NCBI GenBank assembly: GCA_964399865.1
Contig: CAYNRJ010000001.1
Location: forward strand, 475,984-539,983
Source: an uncultured Candidatus Saccharibacteria bacterium
GTDB lineage: Bacteria; Patescibacteriota; Minisyncoccia; Phycocordibacterales; UBA2100
DNA length: 64,000 bases
Direction: 5' to 3'
Shown here: positions 36,741 through 46,878 of the stretch, piece by piece
How the letters are laid out: the number at the start of each line of letters is the position of its first letter
How positions within the stretch are numbered: position 1 is the first letter of the stretch
Position numbers and translations under genes: made by a program
The notes under the pieces: generated by a model
Told to the model about the DNA's origin: nothing
Seen by the model: the letters and a program-made list of their open reading frames with translations, nothing else
Database searches by the model: none

Positions 36741-38945
36741 GTGATGAAGAAAAAAGAATATTCCGTCGAAATAGGCGGGAAAACGATGACCGCCGAGTTC
36801 AACGACTGGGCGGATCAGGCAAGTGGATCCGTTCTGCTTCGCTACGGAAACAGCGCGGTGTTCGCGACAGTTGTGATGGGGAGCAAGGAGTCAGCTCTCG
36901 ATTATTTCCCACTCTCCGTTGAATACGAAGAGAAGTTCTACGCAGCAGGAGCTATTCTTGGTTCTCGCTTTATGCGTCGCGAAGGACGTCCATCTGACGA
37001 AGCGGTGCTTTCAGGCCGCATTGTAGACCGCACGATTCGTCCGCTTTTCCCGAAAGGACTGAAGCGCGATGTGCAGGTCATTATTTCCGTTCTCGCTATT
37101 GATGATTACGATACAGACATCCTTGCGGTGAATGCAGCATCTCTTGCAATCGCAACCTCAAACATTCCGTGGAATGGACCGGTATCCGCTGTGCGCATTG
37201 GAACAGAAGAGGGAAATGACTCCCTCATCGTCAATCCTACCTACGGACAAAGAAGCGAGGAGTTGCCTCCGAAAGCAAACTTGGATCTTACGGTTTCTGG
37301 AAAAGATGGCCTCGTAAACATGATCGAAGTAAACGCGCGCGAGGTTACGGAATCTGTTCTCGAAACAGCACTCAAGCGTGCGAGCGAAGAGATCGAAAAG
37401 ATCCAGGAGTGGCAGAAAATGATAATTAAGGAAGAGGGTGTTCCTAAGGCAGAATTCAAAAGAGCAGATGATCATCCAGAAATCCCACCAGTATTCGAGG
37501 AATTGGTCACACCAAAACTGAAAGCAACAGGAGGCCTGCTTGATAAGGCAATCCTCGGCGAACTGAAATCAACATGGATGAAAGAGGCCGCACTGAAACT
37601 CCCGGAAACTCTTCCAGGTAAACTCGATCAATACTTTGAGATACGTCTCGACGAGTACGTGCATGAACTTGCAATCAAAGAAGGCAAGCGTGTTGACGGT
37701 CGTGCGCTCGATCAGATCCGCCCACTCTTTGCGCAAGCAGGAGGAATTTCTCCAATGATCCATGGCACCGGACTCTTCTATCGCGGACAGACACACGTCC
37801 TAGCGGCGCTTACACTCGGTGGCCCAGGCGACGCACAGCTGATCGACACGATTGAGTTCCAGGAGAAAAAGAAGACCTTCATGCTCCACTACAACTTCCC
37901 ACCATTCTCCGTCGGAGAAACAGGACGTGTTGGAAGTGCGAACCGTCGCATGATCGGACACGGTGCACTCGCAGAGAAATCTTTGCGCGCAGTGCTTCCT
38001 CCTAAAGAAGTATTTCCGTATACGATCCGTATCGTTGCGGACTGTCTCGCTTCAAACGGTTCGACCTCTATGGCCTCAGTATGTGCGGGGACACTCGCCA
38101 TGATGGATGCCGGAGTTCCAATTTCGAAACCTGTCGCAGGTATCGCAATGGGAATGATGTCCGACTCTTCAAAAAACATTTACAAAGTACTTACCGACAT
38201 CCAGGGTCCAGAAGATCATCACGGGGACATGGACTTCAAAGTTGCGGGCACCGCAGATGGTGTGACCGGAGTACAGATGGACGTGAAAGTAGATGGTATA
38301 CCGATACCAGTTCTCGTACAGGCATTCGCACAAGCGAAAAAGGCACGTCTTGAGATCCTCGAGGTCATCAAGGGAGCAATCGCCGCACCACGTACGGACA
38401 TCTCACCACGCGCTCCAAAGATCCTCTCCACGAAAGTGAAAGTAGATCAGATCGGTCTCGTTATCGGTCCTGGAGGCAAGATGATCAACGGCATCAAGGA
38501 GCGATCAAAGTGTGATGATATTACGATCGAAGATGATGGTTCTGTATTCGTCACCGGTAAAAACGGTGCGGCAGAAGCAGCAATGAAAGAGATCATGGAC
38601 CTCACCCGTGAGTACATGCCGGGCGAGAAGTTCGAAGGCACAGTTACTCGTATGATGGACTTCGGAGCATTCGTAAAAATAGGTGCGAACACAGAAGGCT
38701 TGGTGCACGTTTCAGAAGTCGCACCGTTTAGAATCGAGAACATCGCAGATGCTGTTGCCCTAGGAGATGTTGTACCTGTGTTACTCAAAGAAATAGATGA
38801 GAAAGGACGGTATAATCTTTCTATCAAAGCTGCCGATCCGGAGTGGGCAACCCGAAAAGGTCTCACACCGTCGACTGGTGGTGGAGGAAACAATCATGCC
38901 GGACGATCGAACAGAGGGGACAGGGGTGAACACCGCCGCTTCTAA
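36741..38945 (+). CDS. pnp: Polyribonucleotide nucleotidyltransferase (PNPase)
   Basis: 734 aa; two RNase PH domains, KH ('IGLVIGPGGKMINGI') and S1 ('GEKFEGTVTRMMDFGAFVKI') domains; Gly/Arg-rich C-terminal tail. Confidence 0.9.
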   Translation: MMKKKEYSVEIGGKTMTAEFNDWADQASGSVLLRYGNSAVFATVVMGSKESALDYFPLSVEYEEKFYAAGAILGSRFMRREGRPSDEAVLSGRIVDRTIRPLFPKGLKRDVQVIISVLAIDDYDTDILAVNAASLAIATSNIPWNGPVSAVRIGTEEGNDSLIVNPTYGQRSEELPPKANLDLTVSGKDGLVNMIEVNAREVTESVLETALKRASEEIEKIQEWQKMIIKEEGVPKAEFKRADDHPEIPPVFEELVTPKLKATGGLLDKAILGELKSTWMKEAALKLPETLPGKLDQYFEIRLDEYVHELAIKEGKRVDGRALDQIRPLFAQAGGISPMIHGTGLFYRGQTHVLAALTLGGPGDAQLIDTIEFQEKKKTFMLHYNFPPFSVGETGRVGSANRRMIGHGALAEKSLRAVLPPKEVFPYTIRIVADCLASNGSTSMASVCAGTLAMMDAGVPISKPVAGIAMGMMSDSSKNIYKVLTDIQGPEDHHGDMDFKVAGTADGVTGVQMDVKVDGIPIPVLVQAFAQAKKARLEILEVIKGAIAAPRTDISPRAPKILSTKVKVDQIGLVIGPGGKMINGIKERSKCDDITIEDDGSVFVTGKNGAAEAAMKEIMDLTREYMPGEKFEGTVTRMMDFGAFVKIGANTEGLVHVSEVAPFRIENIADAVALGDVVPVLLKEIDEKGRYNLSIKAADPEWATRKGLTPSTGGGGNNHAGRSNRGDRGEHRRF

Positions 38946-40521
38946 CGGAGCTAACAACAATACTCCTCCAAAACAGAGTGCAAACTTAAGTGATAGCGTT
39001 GAAGAAGCGCGCATTATTGAGGAAACGGTAACACCGGCAAGTAAGCCGGTGCCGCCCTCTATTACTCCGCCACCTGTGGTGCCGCCGCGGCCACTACCTC
39101 CAGTTACAAAGATCGTCCCTCCAGCACCGTCCGTGCCTCCATTAGCTACACCCCAAACCACTGCTCCAAGAGATCAGGTCGTTGCGCCTGAATTAAGAGT
39201 ACCGCAGACTCCGCCAGCAGTACCCCCTATTACTCCTAAAGAAGAGCTCGGTAAACGGGGGATGATTGTGCCCCCTGCATCTTTCGGCTCTTTCGTTCCT
39301 AAACCTGCGGAAGCAATTGGAGAAAAGAAGGTCGTTGCGCCTTCACCTATCGCGGAAACGCGTGTTACCCCGCCACCTTTCACGACTCCTCCCCTCACAC
39401 CTCAACCAGAAAAAGTAACGCCTGCACCCCTAAATGCGCTGACGCCTTCTGAGCCAATCCCAGACGTAGGATTAATGCTGAAAAGTATAAAGCTTCCGGA
39501 AAGACGCGAGGTGCCAGGTAAAGAGGCGCCTGAAATAAAACCAAAAGCGTATGACACTTCGCTTGCCGCAGCAGTATCCGATACTGCAAAAAAAATAGAG
39601 GAAGCTCCAGCAGCAGCCGCCCCAATCCCGAAATCGAGTGTCATGCCACTCCGAACCCTCAAGAATGACTTCCAAGATATCGTGCGAGACCAGAAGATAT
39701 CGCTCGTGCGGGCAGCCTCGATGGAACAAGACAAACAACGAAATGCTAGCCGCCTTACGGGAGAAATTGAACAGAAAGTCGTAAAAAGTCACAGAACATT
39801 TAAAATTGTTGCCGCGACCGTTCTCTTTGTGATTCTCGGTATCGCGGTTTTCGTTGGTGTTCTACTCATTCAGGCTGAGAGAAGCGCTACAACGAACGCA
39901 CCTTCCAACAGCTCAATTCTATTTGCTGAGTCAACCACTCCACTACCGCTCTCAAACCGCTCTTCATTCGACATCAAGAGCGCACTCTCTCAAATGCGTC
40001 GTGGTGAAAGTGCTCTCGGGTCCATTACACGAGTCGTTCCGGTCATAGCAACTGCCCCAGCGGAAGGAAGTACTGCTCCGGGAGCGAGAGAAGCGACGCT
40101 CGAAGAATTCCTTTCTTCTTTGGGGACTTCCGCTTCATCAAATCTCGTTCGCGCACTTGGAGGTCAATTCTTCTTCGGCATTCATACCGTCGACGAAAAT
40201 GCGCCTGTATTCGTGATCCCTGTCACTTCATACGAGCGCGCATTCGCCGGAATGCTTGAGTGGGAGGGCTCGATGAACGCCGACCTATCTCCCGTATTCA
40301 CCTCAGTTCCAAATACGATTGTAGGGGAGGACGGACTTCTTCAAAGGCGTGCATTCGAGGATCTCATTATGCGAAACTATGATACTCGGGCTCTTAAAGA
40401 TAACGCCGGCGTTATCCAGCTTTTCTACGCGTTCCCAACAAGGAACATCCTCATTATCGCTGAAAGTCCCTATTCCTTCGTAGAAGTGCTCGCACGCCTC
40501 AGGGCCGAGAGGAGGATATAG
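38896..40521 (+). CDS. Proline-rich membrane protein, unknown function
   Basis: ORF 38797..40521 trimmed to MPDDRTEG (SD 'ggagg' upstream); long (V/T)PPxxP tracts; one TM 'FKIVAATVLFVILGIAVFVGVLLI'; globular C-terminal domain. Overlaps the pnp 3' end by 50 nt. Confidence 0.5.
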   Translation: MPDDRTEGTGVNTAASNGANNNTPPKQSANLSDSVEEARIIEETVTPASKPVPPSITPPPVVPPRPLPPVTKIVPPAPSVPPLATPQTTAPRDQVVAPELRVPQTPPAVPPITPKEELGKRGMIVPPASFGSFVPKPAEAIGEKKVVAPSPIAETRVTPPPFTTPPLTPQPEKVTPAPLNALTPSEPIPDVGLMLKSIKLPERREVPGKEAPEIKPKAYDTSLAAAVSDTAKKIEEAPAAAAPIPKSSVMPLRTLKNDFQDIVRDQKISLVRAASMEQDKQRNASRLTGEIEQKVVKSHRTFKIVAATVLFVILGIAVFVGVLLIQAERSATTNAPSNSSILFAESTTPLPLSNRSSFDIKSALSQMRRGESALGSITRVVPVIATAPAEGSTAPGAREATLEEFLSSLGTSASSNLVRALGGQFFFGIHTVDENAPVFVIPVTSYERAFAGMLEWEGSMNADLSPVFTSVPNTIVGEDGLLQRRAFEDLIMRNYDTRALKDNAGVIQLFYAFPTRNILIIAESPYSFVEVLARLRAERRI

Positions 40522-40563
40522 GGAAACTTGTCGTCTGTACTCTATCGCTGATAGAATACTCCT

Positions 40564-40923
40564 ATGAAACATTTATCTGAAGAACAGCTAGAAGAACTAC
40601 GGGCAGCGCTCGATGGTGAACAAATAGATATCGAGGAGCAGCTTGCTGAGCATGGCAAGAAAGTAGGCGGTGATTGGCAGGGAACTCCAAAAGGTTTTGC
40701 TCCGGGTGAAGCGGATGAAAGCGAGACAGCTGACCGCATGGAAGAACTCACGATCAATGTGCCCCTAGTTGAAGAATTGGAGCGCCGTCTCAAGGATGTT
40801 AAGGACGCAATCACAAAGTTAGACGAGGGAACATACGGCATATGTGAGAAAAGCGGTGAAGAGATACCGTTTGATCGACTTGAAGCTGACCCAGCCGCAC
40901 GTACGTGCATAAAACACGCGTAG
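40564..40923 (+). CDS. DksA/TraR-family C4 zinc-finger protein
   Basis: 119 aa; acidic coiled-coil N-terminus and C-terminal 'CEKSGEEIPFDRLEADPAARTC' zinc-finger. Confidence 0.6.
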   Translation: MKHLSEEQLEELRAALDGEQIDIEEQLAEHGKKVGGDWQGTPKGFAPGEADESETADRMEELTINVPLVEELERRLKDVKDAITKLDEGTYGICEKSGEEIPFDRLEADPAARTCIKHA

Positions 40924-40942
40924 GCTAGGGTACAATCGTGGT

Positions 40943-42505
40943 GTGTCGAAAGAGCAAAAGATAAAATCAGGATTTGCTCGAGTCTTCGGAGCCCAACCAT
41001 CCTTACCAAAAGGGGTAGTCGTCACTGTTGAATGTGACATCGCAAAGGGTCTCCACGCTTTTACTATCGTTGGACTTCCAGATAAATCAGTGGAGGAGGC
41101 GAAAGATCGTATTTCATCTGCAATAAAAAATACTGAGAAACTTGATTCTCCGAAGAAAAGTAATAAGAAAATTGTCCTATCGCTCGCCCCGGCTGGACTC
41201 AAGAAAGAGGGCGCAGTTTTTGATCTACCGCTCGCGCTATCTTTCCTCCTCGCATCGGAACAAGTGAAATTTAACCCTGAGAAGAAGATGTTCGCAGGAG
41301 AACTTGGTCTAAATGGGGATGTGCGAGGCATTTTGGGAGTACTTTCTATAGCGGTCGCCGCGCGTGACCGCGGATTCACGGATATCTACGTGCCCGAGGA
41401 GAATGTTGAGGAGGCACTCCTTGTGAGCGAGCTGCGTGTGCACGCAGTCTCCTCGCTCGAGCATCTGATATCGGTCCTTAGTAAACCAGAGAAGGATACT
41501 TCTGCCCTAAAGATACTAAAAAGTAATCCGAGCTCTTCTAAAAATGAACAGCAAGATGATTTCGTCCTCGACGAGATCCGCGGACAGGAGTCTGCTAAGC
41601 GCGGCCTCATCATTGCTGCAGCAGGCGCTCACAATATTGCGCTTTACGGACCACCGGGAACGGGAAAGACATTGCTCGCTCGCGCGACTCGTTCAATTCT
41701 CCCCGATCTTTCCGAGGAAGACATGCTTGAAGTGACAAGTATTCATTCTCTCGCAGGAATTTTACAAGGCGGTCCCGTGTTCCGACCTCCATTCCGATCT
41801 CCACACCACACGTCCTCGTACGCATCACTTATCGGAGGCGGGTCGGCATCGCCACGTCCGGGGGAAGCGACTCTCGCACATCGAGGAGTTCTCTTTGCTG
41901 ACGAATTCCCGGAATTTCATAGAGATGTTATCAACGCCCTTCGGGAGCCACTCGAAGACCGTGTCGTTTCAATTTCCAGATCAAAAGGTTCTGCAGTGTT
42001 TCCCGCAAATTTTATGCTAATTGCCGCACTTAATCCGTGCCCGTGCGGATTTTGGGGTACCCCAAGATGCGAATGCATGCCACATCTTGTAGAAAAATAT
42101 CGACGCAAGATCTCGGGACCAGTCGCAGATCGAATTGATATGTGGGTTTCAGTTGGGGAGATGCCTCCCGAAGCACTTCGAGGCATAAAGAGAACAACGA
42201 ACGAGACCGCACTCGCTCGTCGGGCTATTCGCTCTGCGCGTGATTTGCAGCGCAAGCGATACGCAGGGGTATCCGGGGTATCGACGAACGCAGATATGCG
42301 CCCAAAGCACATTGAGCTATTCGCAAATCTATCAGCAAAAGCAGAAGATGCACTTGTTGGGGCTGCAAAGGCAATGAAACTATCGGCTCGCGGCTATCAC
42401 CGCACCATTAAACTGGCGCGAACAATCGCGGACCTCTCGGAGAGCGTAAAAATTGAGCCTTCGCACATGCTCGAAGCACTCCAGTATCGCGCACGTGAGC
42501 TATAA
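40943..42505 (+). CDS. Mg-chelatase-like AAA+ ATPase (YifB/ComM family)
   Basis: 520 aa; Lon-like N-terminal domain, 'LYGPPGTGKTLLA' Walker A, 'VLFADEFPEF' Walker B, C-terminal ChlI domain. Confidence 0.8.
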   Translation: MSKEQKIKSGFARVFGAQPSLPKGVVVTVECDIAKGLHAFTIVGLPDKSVEEAKDRISSAIKNTEKLDSPKKSNKKIVLSLAPAGLKKEGAVFDLPLALSFLLASEQVKFNPEKKMFAGELGLNGDVRGILGVLSIAVAARDRGFTDIYVPEENVEEALLVSELRVHAVSSLEHLISVLSKPEKDTSALKILKSNPSSSKNEQQDDFVLDEIRGQESAKRGLIIAAAGAHNIALYGPPGTGKTLLARATRSILPDLSEEDMLEVTSIHSLAGILQGGPVFRPPFRSPHHTSSYASLIGGGSASPRPGEATLAHRGVLFADEFPEFHRDVINALREPLEDRVVSISRSKGSAVFPANFMLIAALNPCPCGFWGTPRCECMPHLVEKYRRKISGPVADRIDMWVSVGEMPPEALRGIKRTTNETALARRAIRSARDLQRKRYAGVSGVSTNADMRPKHIELFANLSAKAEDALVGAAKAMKLSARGYHRTIKLARTIADLSESVKIEPSHMLEALQYRAREL

Positions 42506-42522
42506 ATACTTGTTCAGGAGAT

Positions 42523-43527
42523 CTAGATTCGATCTTTGTGTTCGGAGAAAAATACCCTGGTCTTTGGAATGCCGAAGGATTTTAAACGTTTCAGTACAAA
42601 ATCGGTCAAAGCTTTTTCATTTTTAAATGGGACAACTTCTCCTTCATCTATAACCGCCCATTGTCCTACTGTCCGAAGCACATCAACTTTATTAAAAACG
42701 ATATGCGTTACACCATTTAAACGCACTGCACGCTCGAGTGTTTGCATGTTCATCCAGTTTGTCTGGCGGCGGCGCCCTGTTGTTGAGCCAAACTCTTCAC
42801 CAACATCCCCAATCTTATCGAACACCTCACCCTCTGGCTGGAATTTCTTGCTCCCAACGTACGTTTCGTAGATCTTTGCAACACCCCACACATCCTCTAC
42901 GGCTTGCGCAGGAAGTCCATTGAGGAGCGCTCCTGCGGTAGTGCAGTGAGACGAAGTGACGAATGGATAATCGCCCCAATCAATATCGAGTCCGAATCCC
43001 TGAGCACCCTCTCCGAGGATATGTATGTTCTTCCCGCTGTACCATTCCTCGTAAAGATCAATGAGGTAGGGCTTCAGTTCAGGAATAGTTTCTGCGCGAA
43101 CTCCGGTACGCCCATACTTATCACGATACGCCGGACCGTTTCCTCGACCTGTTGTACCTACTTTCTTTTCATTATGATCCTCAGCTTTGTGGGCCTCTGT
43201 AATAACGTGTGCATTTTTCGCAATAAAAATCTTTCCAGTAGTTGAAACGCCACCTTCCTCCAACATTTTAATCTCGCGGAAGAATTGCTCGGGGTCTACG
43301 ACACATCCTGACCCGATAATACTTTTTACCCCGAAGAAAACCCCGGCAGGGATATGGTGGGTGACGAATTTCTTTCCCTTGTGGAATATCGTATGCCCTG
43401 CATTGCACCCTCCGTTATAACGGAGGACGTGAGTGTATTTCTTGGTGTTCGACAAATAGTGAGCAACTTTGCCCTTACCGCAATCTCCGTACTGGAGATC
43501 AACGATGACGTCCGTAGTTACAGACAT
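42523..43527 (-). CDS. Adenylosuccinate synthetase-like protein (short, 334 aa)
   Basis: 'GDCGKGKV' (GDEGKGK-like P-loop), 'GGCNAGHTI', 'TTGRGNGPAY' PurA signatures; about 90 aa shorter than canonical PurA. Confidence 0.6.
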   Translation of the reverse strand: MSVTTDVIVDLQYGDCGKGKVAHYLSNTKKYTHVLRYNGGCNAGHTIFHKGKKFVTHHIPAGVFFGVKSIIGSGCVVDPEQFFREIKMLEEGGVSTTGKIFIAKNAHVITEAHKAEDHNEKKVGTTGRGNGPAYRDKYGRTGVRAETIPELKPYLIDLYEEWYSGKNIHILGEGAQGFGLDIDWGDYPFVTSSHCTTAGALLNGLPAQAVEDVWGVAKIYETYVGSKKFQPEGEVFDKIGDVGEEFGSTTGRRRQTNWMNMQTLERAVRLNGVTHIVFNKVDVLRTVGQWAVIDEGEVVPFKNEKALTDFVLKRLKSFGIPKTRVFFSEHKDRI

Positions 43528-43629
43528 GACTGGCCTATGATACCCGCGAACACGAATGAATGCAACGCACCACTAGATGAAAATGCGGACCAAGTTTATG
43601 AAAGCTCGTACGAGATGAATATCCATACC

Positions 43630-44772
43630 TTAGAATGGGTTTCGAGGACCGTTACGTATTTCGAAGTGGACGTGGGGACCCGTGGTCTTTCCGGTAAGAC
43701 CTACGTAGGCGATCACCTCGCCTTTAGCAACAGATTGTCCTACTGACACGACTACACTTGAAGCGTGTGCATAGAGGGTCTGGCTACCGTTGCTGTGACG
43801 AATTACAACATATGCACCATAACCACCGTTCCAACCTGAGTTACGAGCTACGATGACATCGCCATCGGCGGAAGCGAGAATTGGCGTACCGATAGGAGCA
43901 GCGAGGTCAACACCGTTGTATCCATGGATACCCTGAGTGCGGACACCACCGGAGAGAGGGCGCATGTAATAGCCGGCAGATATTGAACTGTTTACGCTTC
44001 CTCCTCCAGAGACTGAGGTTGAGCGTGGAGCAACGGCAACCTTTACTTCGCCGTCCGGAATGATTATTTGAAGCCCCACAGCGAGAGCTGATTCATCAGA
44101 AAGACCGTTGAAACTCGCGATTTCCTGAGCATCACCGCTAAAGTTCTTCGCAATTGATGCAAGAGTATCGTTCTTCTTAACGATGTATTTAACCCCTGTT
44201 ACAGGGAGAATTGTTAGGGTTTGACCAACGCGGATAGTGTCTCGAACTGGGATGTCGTTCGCCCAACGGATGGTGTTTGCGGATACTCCAAACATCTGGG
44301 CAATACCGGAAATCGTGTCTCCCTCTCGTACCACATAGATACTGATAGTGGAGTTTTTAGCTTTCTCGATGTCGGCCATGGTGCCTGATGGGCCTTCTTC
44401 GGGTACAAGAGCTGAATTGTCTACGATTGTGATCTCTCCACCACCTCGAGCTGGAGTTGGGGATATGTTCATCGCGGGTCGCAGAAGCGCCATCGTTTGC
44501 ACGTTGCCGGAGGCCGCCGAATGAAGCTCGCCGCCCTTATTACCCTTGATTGTAGCCACAATACCGCCAAAAAGACTGGCCCGCGTGGTCGCGGGCATAA
44601 AGGTTCCAGCTATAAGAATGAGGGAAACGAGCACTACGAAATAGGTACGCAAGTTTCCCGCAATTGCGGAATTTCGGGGTTTCTTTGTCGTTCTATAGGA
44701 GCTTGCCGGGCTCGGATAGAAGTCTTGTGGGATGTTTTCGATAAGCCATTTAGGCCTTCCTCCATAGCTCAC
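43630..44772 (-). CDS. LysM-domain M23-family peptidase (cell-wall hydrolase/activator)
   Basis: N-terminal TM; two LysM repeats ('YVVREGDTISGIAQMFGVSANTIRWAND', 'YIVKKNDTLASIAKNF'); C-terminal M23 domain with 'HVHFEIR'. Confidence 0.8.
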   Translation of the reverse strand: MSYGGRPKWLIENIPQDFYPSPASSYRTTKKPRNSAIAGNLRTYFVVLVSLILIAGTFMPATTRASLFGGIVATIKGNKGGELHSAASGNVQTMALLRPAMNISPTPARGGGEITIVDNSALVPEEGPSGTMADIEKAKNSTISIYVVREGDTISGIAQMFGVSANTIRWANDIPVRDTIRVGQTLTILPVTGVKYIVKKNDTLASIAKNFSGDAQEIASFNGLSDESALAVGLQIIIPDGEVKVAVAPRSTSVSGGGSVNSSISAGYYMRPLSGGVRTQGIHGYNGVDLAAPIGTPILASADGDVIVARNSGWNGGYGAYVVIRHSNGSQTLYAHASSVVVSVGQSVAKGEVIAYVGLTGKTTGPHVHFEIRNGPRNPF

Positions 44773-44940
44773 CCCAGCCCTGTCGGACTGACGATTATAG
44801 CTATATTGTAAGCCAATATATAACAGTGGCAGAGAGAACAGTAACTATCCAGGAAGGGCTGTGCGTCCACCGTCCCATTCACACTACCTTCAGGAATGAG
44901 TAGCGTCAATCGACCAGAAATGGCGACAGGGGATAACGTT

Positions 44941-44972
44941 TTTGTCAATTTTTCAGTTGTCGCATGCTATAG
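44941..44972 (+). promoter_or_regulatory. Putative sigma70 promoter for uvrD/pcrA
   Basis: TTGTCA-17 nt-TGcTATAGT (extended -10), about 10 nt upstream of the proposed start; coordinates +/-1. Confidence 0.4.
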
Positions 44973-44979
44973 TTCGCTG

Positions 44980-46875
44980 ATGAATCCTCCAGGACAGCAA
45001 AATGGCTTAAATACTGCACAAAATGAGGCGGTTTTACATACAGATGGACCCCTTCTTATCATCGCCGGGGCGGGAGCAGGCAAAACGAGGACTATAGCGC
45101 ATCGGATTGCACATCTAATAGAGAAAGGTGTCCACCCCTCTCGGATACTTGCGGTAACTTTCACCAATAAAGCCGCCCATGAGATGCGAGACAGGGTCAA
45201 TCTTCTAGTTCCAAAAACAGGAGAAATGCCAATGGTAACCACCTTCCACGCCCTTGGTGTACGCATTTTGAGAGAGTTTCATGCCGAAGCCGGAATCCCA
45301 AAAGGTTTCACTATCTGGGATCGTGATGACAGCGTGAAAGCGGTAAAGCGTGCTCTTGAGGCACTTGATATGGGGGATGTGACCCCAAGACAGGTGCTTT
45401 CAGCGATCTCAAGTGCAAAAAGTGATTGCATTTCCGGTAGCGAGTATGCAGCGGATGCAAAGGACTTCCGCGCGCAACGAATTGCACGAGTGTGGGATCT
45501 GTATGAGAAAGCCCTCAGGGAAGAGAGCGCTCTCGATTTCGATGACCTTATCGATCGAACGCTCAGATTATTCGAGACCTCCCCAGAAACTCTTTCGAAA
45601 CTACAAGCCAGGTGGAGCCATGTCCATATTGACGAGTATCAGGACACGAACAAGGTGCAGTACGAGATCGCGCGACTCCTTGCAGGGGAGAGAATGAATC
45701 TGTGCGTCGTTGGAGACCTCGATCAGGCAATCTATACGTGGAGGAATGCTCGACTAGAGAACCTGCTCGAATTTGAGCATGCATTTCCGAACACAAAGAT
45801 CGTTACATTGGAGCAGAACTACCGCTCGACGCGAACAATACTCACAGCAGCAAATGGTGTTATAGAAAAGAACTTGAGACGAAAGCCAAAAAGACTCTTC
45901 ACGGAAAAGGGTATCGGTGAAGCAATAGTCGTCTACGGCGCACAAAACGAAGCAGACGAAGCGTGGTTCATTGCACAAAATGTTCAAAAACTTCTCGAGC
46001 AGGGTACGAAGGCGAGTGAAATTGCAATTCTTTATCGAGAGAATTTCCAATCCCGCGCAATTGAAGAGGCTTTTCTCCACCTCGCACTTCCATACCGCGT
46101 CCTCGGTACACGGTTCTTCGAACGTAAGGAGGTGAAAGACACGCTTAGTTATCTCCGCGCGGGAAGAAATGAGTCTGCGCGCGGAGATTTGGTACGTATT
46201 GCTGCTGTTCCCCCTCGCGGCATAGGTAAAGTGACTCTTGAAAAAATGCTAAAGGGGGAGACGGTAACGGGAGCTTCGGCACTCAAGATCAATACGTTCC
46301 GGCAAACACTCGCAGAAATTAAACACGCGCTCGAAGTACTGCCAGCGTCCGAAGCGATACGATTTACACTGGAGCGCAGCGGAATGGAGACGTTCCTCAA
46401 GAAAGATCTCGAGGAAGGTCCCGAGCGACTCGAGAACGTGCGCGAGCTTGTGAACCTTGCAACAAGGTACGACGACATGATGCCTCCTGAGGGAATAGAT
46501 AAAATCCTAGAGGAAGCCGCTCTTCAGAGCGATCAAGATGAACTGCAGAAACCAATGGACGCAGTGTCACTCATGACAATCCACGCTGCGAAAGGACTCG
46601 AGTTCGACATAGTTTTCATAACAGGACTTGAGCAGGGACTTTTCCCATCAATTCGCGCCGATGATTCCACCCGCGACCCAGAAGAAGAGCGCCGTCTTTT
46701 CTATGTAGCTCTCACGCGCGCACGAGAGAGACTCTTTCTTTCATACGCCAGAGACCGAATGCGATACGGAGAACGAAACCAGACGATGCCTTCAGAATTT
46801 TTCGACGATATTGATGCAAGACTCATGATAGCTCCGAGGAAAGAAGCTCCCGAGAGTGAGGGCATAATCTATTAA
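44980..46875 (+). CDS. uvrD: ATP-dependent DNA helicase UvrD/PcrA (SF1)
   Basis: ORF 44896..46875 trimmed to MNPPGQQNGLNTAQNEAV; 'LIIAGAGAGKTRTIAHRIAHLI' motif I, 'DEYQDTN' motif II, and other SF1 motifs. Confidence 0.85.
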   Translation: MNPPGQQNGLNTAQNEAVLHTDGPLLIIAGAGAGKTRTIAHRIAHLIEKGVHPSRILAVTFTNKAAHEMRDRVNLLVPKTGEMPMVTTFHALGVRILREFHAEAGIPKGFTIWDRDDSVKAVKRALEALDMGDVTPRQVLSAISSAKSDCISGSEYAADAKDFRAQRIARVWDLYEKALREESALDFDDLIDRTLRLFETSPETLSKLQARWSHVHIDEYQDTNKVQYEIARLLAGERMNLCVVGDLDQAIYTWRNARLENLLEFEHAFPNTKIVTLEQNYRSTRTILTAANGVIEKNLRRKPKRLFTEKGIGEAIVVYGAQNEADEAWFIAQNVQKLLEQGTKASEIAILYRENFQSRAIEEAFLHLALPYRVLGTRFFERKEVKDTLSYLRAGRNESARGDLVRIAAVPPRGIGKVTLEKMLKGETVTGASALKINTFRQTLAEIKHALEVLPASEAIRFTLERSGMETFLKKDLEEGPERLENVRELVNLATRYDDMMPPEGIDKILEEAALQSDQDELQKPMDAVSLMTIHAAKGLEFDIVFITGLEQGLFPSIRADDSTRDPEEERRLFYVALTRARERLFLSYARDRMRYGERNQTMPSEFFDDIDARLMIAPRKEAPESEGIIY

Positions 46876-46878
46876 GAT

